From Dipteris shenzhenensis (Eukaryota): a stretch of DNA of 64,000 bases. Location of the stretch: NCBI GenBank assembly GCA_047967505.1, contig CM106538.1, one strand, 5' to 3'. A model generated the notes under the pieces. That model did not search any database, was not told the origin of the DNA, and saw nothing but the letters and a program-made list of their open reading frames with translations. This document shows positions 61,011 to 64,000 of the stretch, in pieces. The stretch's first letter is position 1; every line of letters begins with the position of its first letter. A program made the position numbers and the translations under genes.

Positions 61011-61211
61011 ATACCCCCTCCCCCCCTCGGCCTTCCTCAACTCTCTTTCCTAGGCACATGCAAAAATGCATCAAGCCTTACAACTATGTAGAATCTTAGG
61101 CTTGGCAATCATGTAGCACAAATGAAGCAAATCACCAAGTAGTGTAAGAAAGCAATCAATATAGCAACAAAAGAAGTGTGCACATTAGCATAAATGGTCA
61201 TAGCAACACAA

Positions 61212-61315
61212 TGTAGGAATTCAAGACCAACATCTTTAATAGAGCCATGACAAGAACCACTAGGACGTGATGAAGCAACACCACCATAGAATGTGCATGT
61301 GCGTGTGTGCATATG

Positions 61316-61378
<63 letters not shown>

Positions 61379-64000
61379 ACAAAATATGAAGAGGGGAGAG
61401 GAGAAGAGTGGAGATGAGGAGAGAGGGCACAACTAGAGAGCACACCACAAATGACTAACTGTACACTAGATTTAGTTGAAAATGTAGAATATATACAAAC
61501 CCATTTAGGGTTAGGGTTAGGGCATCTAACCCTTTCCTTTATAGCACTCTATTGGGTTAGTGCTATGCACTGGATTCTTGGCCACAATGCTTGAGCAATT
61601 GATTATCACAATATATTGTTGTTGGCTTTGACTCGTCAATGTAATCTATTTCTGACAATAGTCTTCTGAGCCATATAGCCTCACATGCACCTGTAGTGAG
61701 TGCTCTATATTCTACTCCAGTCGAAGACAAAGAAACAATTGGTTGTCTATTTGACAATCATGATAAGTGCCTTGACCAAGGAAAAATGCATATCCCTATG
61801 TCAATCTCCTGGTCTCATGATCTCCGGCATAGTCACTATCACAATATCCATGTAACCGTGGATGACTTCCTCTGTATTCTATCCCAAATTATCTTGCACC
61901 TCTGATGTATCTCAAGACTCTTTTGGCTGCATTTTAATGAGATTGCATTGGATTTGCCATAAACTATGTTAGTGAGCTTATTGCATAACAAATATCTGGC
62001 CGTGTGATAGTCAGATATATAAGAGATCCAATGAGTTGCATGTAGTACCTGTCATTGACTGTAGGCTTTTCTGAATCTTTTGTAAGCTTCAAACTCTGTT
62101 CCATGGGAGTGGTTGCAATCTTGCAATCTGCCATATGAAACGTATTCAGGAGATTGTCAACATATTTGAGCTGACTCATAAAGGTGCTGTCTGAATCTCT
62201 CCAGAACTCAATTCCAAGACAATAGTGCATAAGTTCTTTCATGTCGAACTCTACAGATAAGTCTTGTTTTAGTTTTTTGATGAAGCTATCCTTGCTTCCA
62301 ATCACAATCAGATCATCTACGTACAAAAGTGCAATAGTAATGTCTTCCCCTTGAAATTTGTAGTAGAGTGTATGATCTACATTGGACTTCATGTATCCCA
62401 GATCAGCAAAATACTTGTCAATTCTATTGTACTAACTTCTGGGTGCTTGCTTTAAGTCGTAGAGACTTTTCTTGAGATGGCAAACCTTATTCTCCTTTCC
62501 TGGTTCAACATAACCTACTGGTTGTTGCATGTAGACTTCCTCGTCTGGATAACCATTGAGAAATGCATTCTTAACATCGAGTTGATACACATTCCATCTG
62601 CTGAGTGTTGCTAGTGATATCAAGAACCATATGGAATCCATCTTTGCTATTGGAGCATAAGTCTCATCATAGTCTTGACCATATTGCCGTGCAAATCCTT
62701 TTGCGACTAGTCTGGCTTTATATCTTGGAATACTTCCATCTGGATTGTACTTCACTTTGTATACCCATTTGTTTGCTATGGTCTTCTTTCCTAGTGGAAG
62801 GTCGCATAATTCCCAAGTATTATTCTTATACAAAGTATCCATTTCTTCATTCATAGCAGTTTGCCATTCTGGCTTGTCTACTACATCTTCGAAGTACACT
62901 GGCTCTTCTGTAGTCATGATGGTAGTCATAAGAGCATAGTTGGTGGTTTCAACCTGAATTGCTTGTGGTGTTTTGGGCCATTCTTGCTCTTCTTCATCAA
63001 CCTTTTCTGTAGATGATTGAGTAATCGGTGCGTCTATCTCTTTACATCTCTGGAGATAATGACCTTTCGATTGATGGGATCATACAACTTGTATGCTTTG
63101 CTTTCTTCACTGTAGCCAACCATGATGCATTTGTGTGACTTCACATCCAATTTTTTGCAATGATCATCATGTATGTGGGCATATGCTATGCAACCAAATA
63201 TGTGGAGATGCCCAATGTGTGGCTTGTGTCTAGTGAATGCTTCATAAGGTGTCATACCCTGAATTAGTTTGGTAGGAAGCTGATTAAGCAAATAGTTTGT
63301 AGTGGTTATTGCTTCTACCCAATACTGATTTGGAAGATGCTTCTCACTAAGCATTGCTCTAGCACTATCTGCTAAAGTACCATTCTTCCTTTTAGCTCTT
63401 GCATTCTGTTGAGGAGTATCTGCACAAGTGAATTGTCTTCATATGCCATGACTTCTGCAAAAGTTCATGAATGCTGAAGACATGTATACACCTCCTCTAT
63501 CTGATCTCATGACTTTGATCTTTCTACCTATCTGGTTTTCTACCATGGCTTTGAATTCTTGAAATCTAAAAAACACTTCAGATTTCTCTTTCAGAAAGTA
63601 GACCCAACAATATCTACCATAGTCATCGATGAAAGTCAAGTAGTAAAGTGAATCATTGATGTTGCGGGTCTGGGCATAACCCCATACATCTGTGTGTATC
63701 AAATCAAGAATACCTCATGCACGAGAGGTACTTCTACTGAAGTTGGTTCACTTTTGTTTGCCGAAGCAGCATGCTTCACAAACTTTTCCAAGAAACTGTA
63801 GCTTTGGAATCTTGATTGTCATATTTTGATTCTTGAGATCTAGCAAGCTCTTGAATTTGACATGACCATATCTCCTGTGCCATTTTGCGGATAGTGGCAT
63901 CTGTTGTGGTTGAGTTGACATGGCATGCTTATCTGGTATTGCGCTAGCATTCTATACAAGCGTCCTTCCTTAACACCTTTTGCTACTAGCTAAAATCTTT
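61212..64000 (-). mobile_element. Degenerate Copia (pre-integrase, integrase, RT, partial RNase H, LTR remnant); continues out of the window
   Basis: WHRRYGH, IHTDVWG, RSDRGG, YKARLVAKGF, LYVDD and SSTGVEY. LTR boundary approximate. Confidence 0.9.
61319..61375. repeat. (GT)n microsatellite
   Basis: Directly visible. Confidence 0.95.

Noticed and set aside
61505-61522. Interstitial telomeric repeat (TTTAGGGTTAGGGTTAGGG)
   Set aside because: Only three units, inside an LTR remnant where telo-box-like motifs are common.

Overview
Eukaryotic nuclear DNA from a large, repeat-rich land-plant genome (fern/lycophyte-like by inference only). There is one host gene: the 5' part of DGAT1 on the minus strand. 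Five GT-AG coding exons (52308-52051, 50907-50827, 50730-50657, 34339-34264, 14342-14275) splice in frame across introns of 1143, 96, 16317, 19921 and at least 14274 bp. Almost everything else is nested retroelements: Ty3/Gypsy, Ty1/Copia (one near-intact), two L1-clade LINEs with clear TSDs, solo LTRs, a ~530-bp structured tandem repeat and a foldback array. Three observations stand out. (1) Intron 4 is almost entirely a head-to-tail stack of about ten RTEX/L2-like LINE pieces. Most are joined at (TC)n tracts and several share a conserved bipartite 3' stem-loop; the stack includes an ORF1-only (HAL1-like) non-autonomous member. (2) A Copia derivative is bounded by two complete LTRs in inverted orientation, yet is flanked by a perfect 5-bp TSD. 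(3) A tandem repeat has a minus strand that folds into serial G-U-rich hairpins. Clade names come from recognised motifs, not database searches; boundaries without a TSD are approximate.
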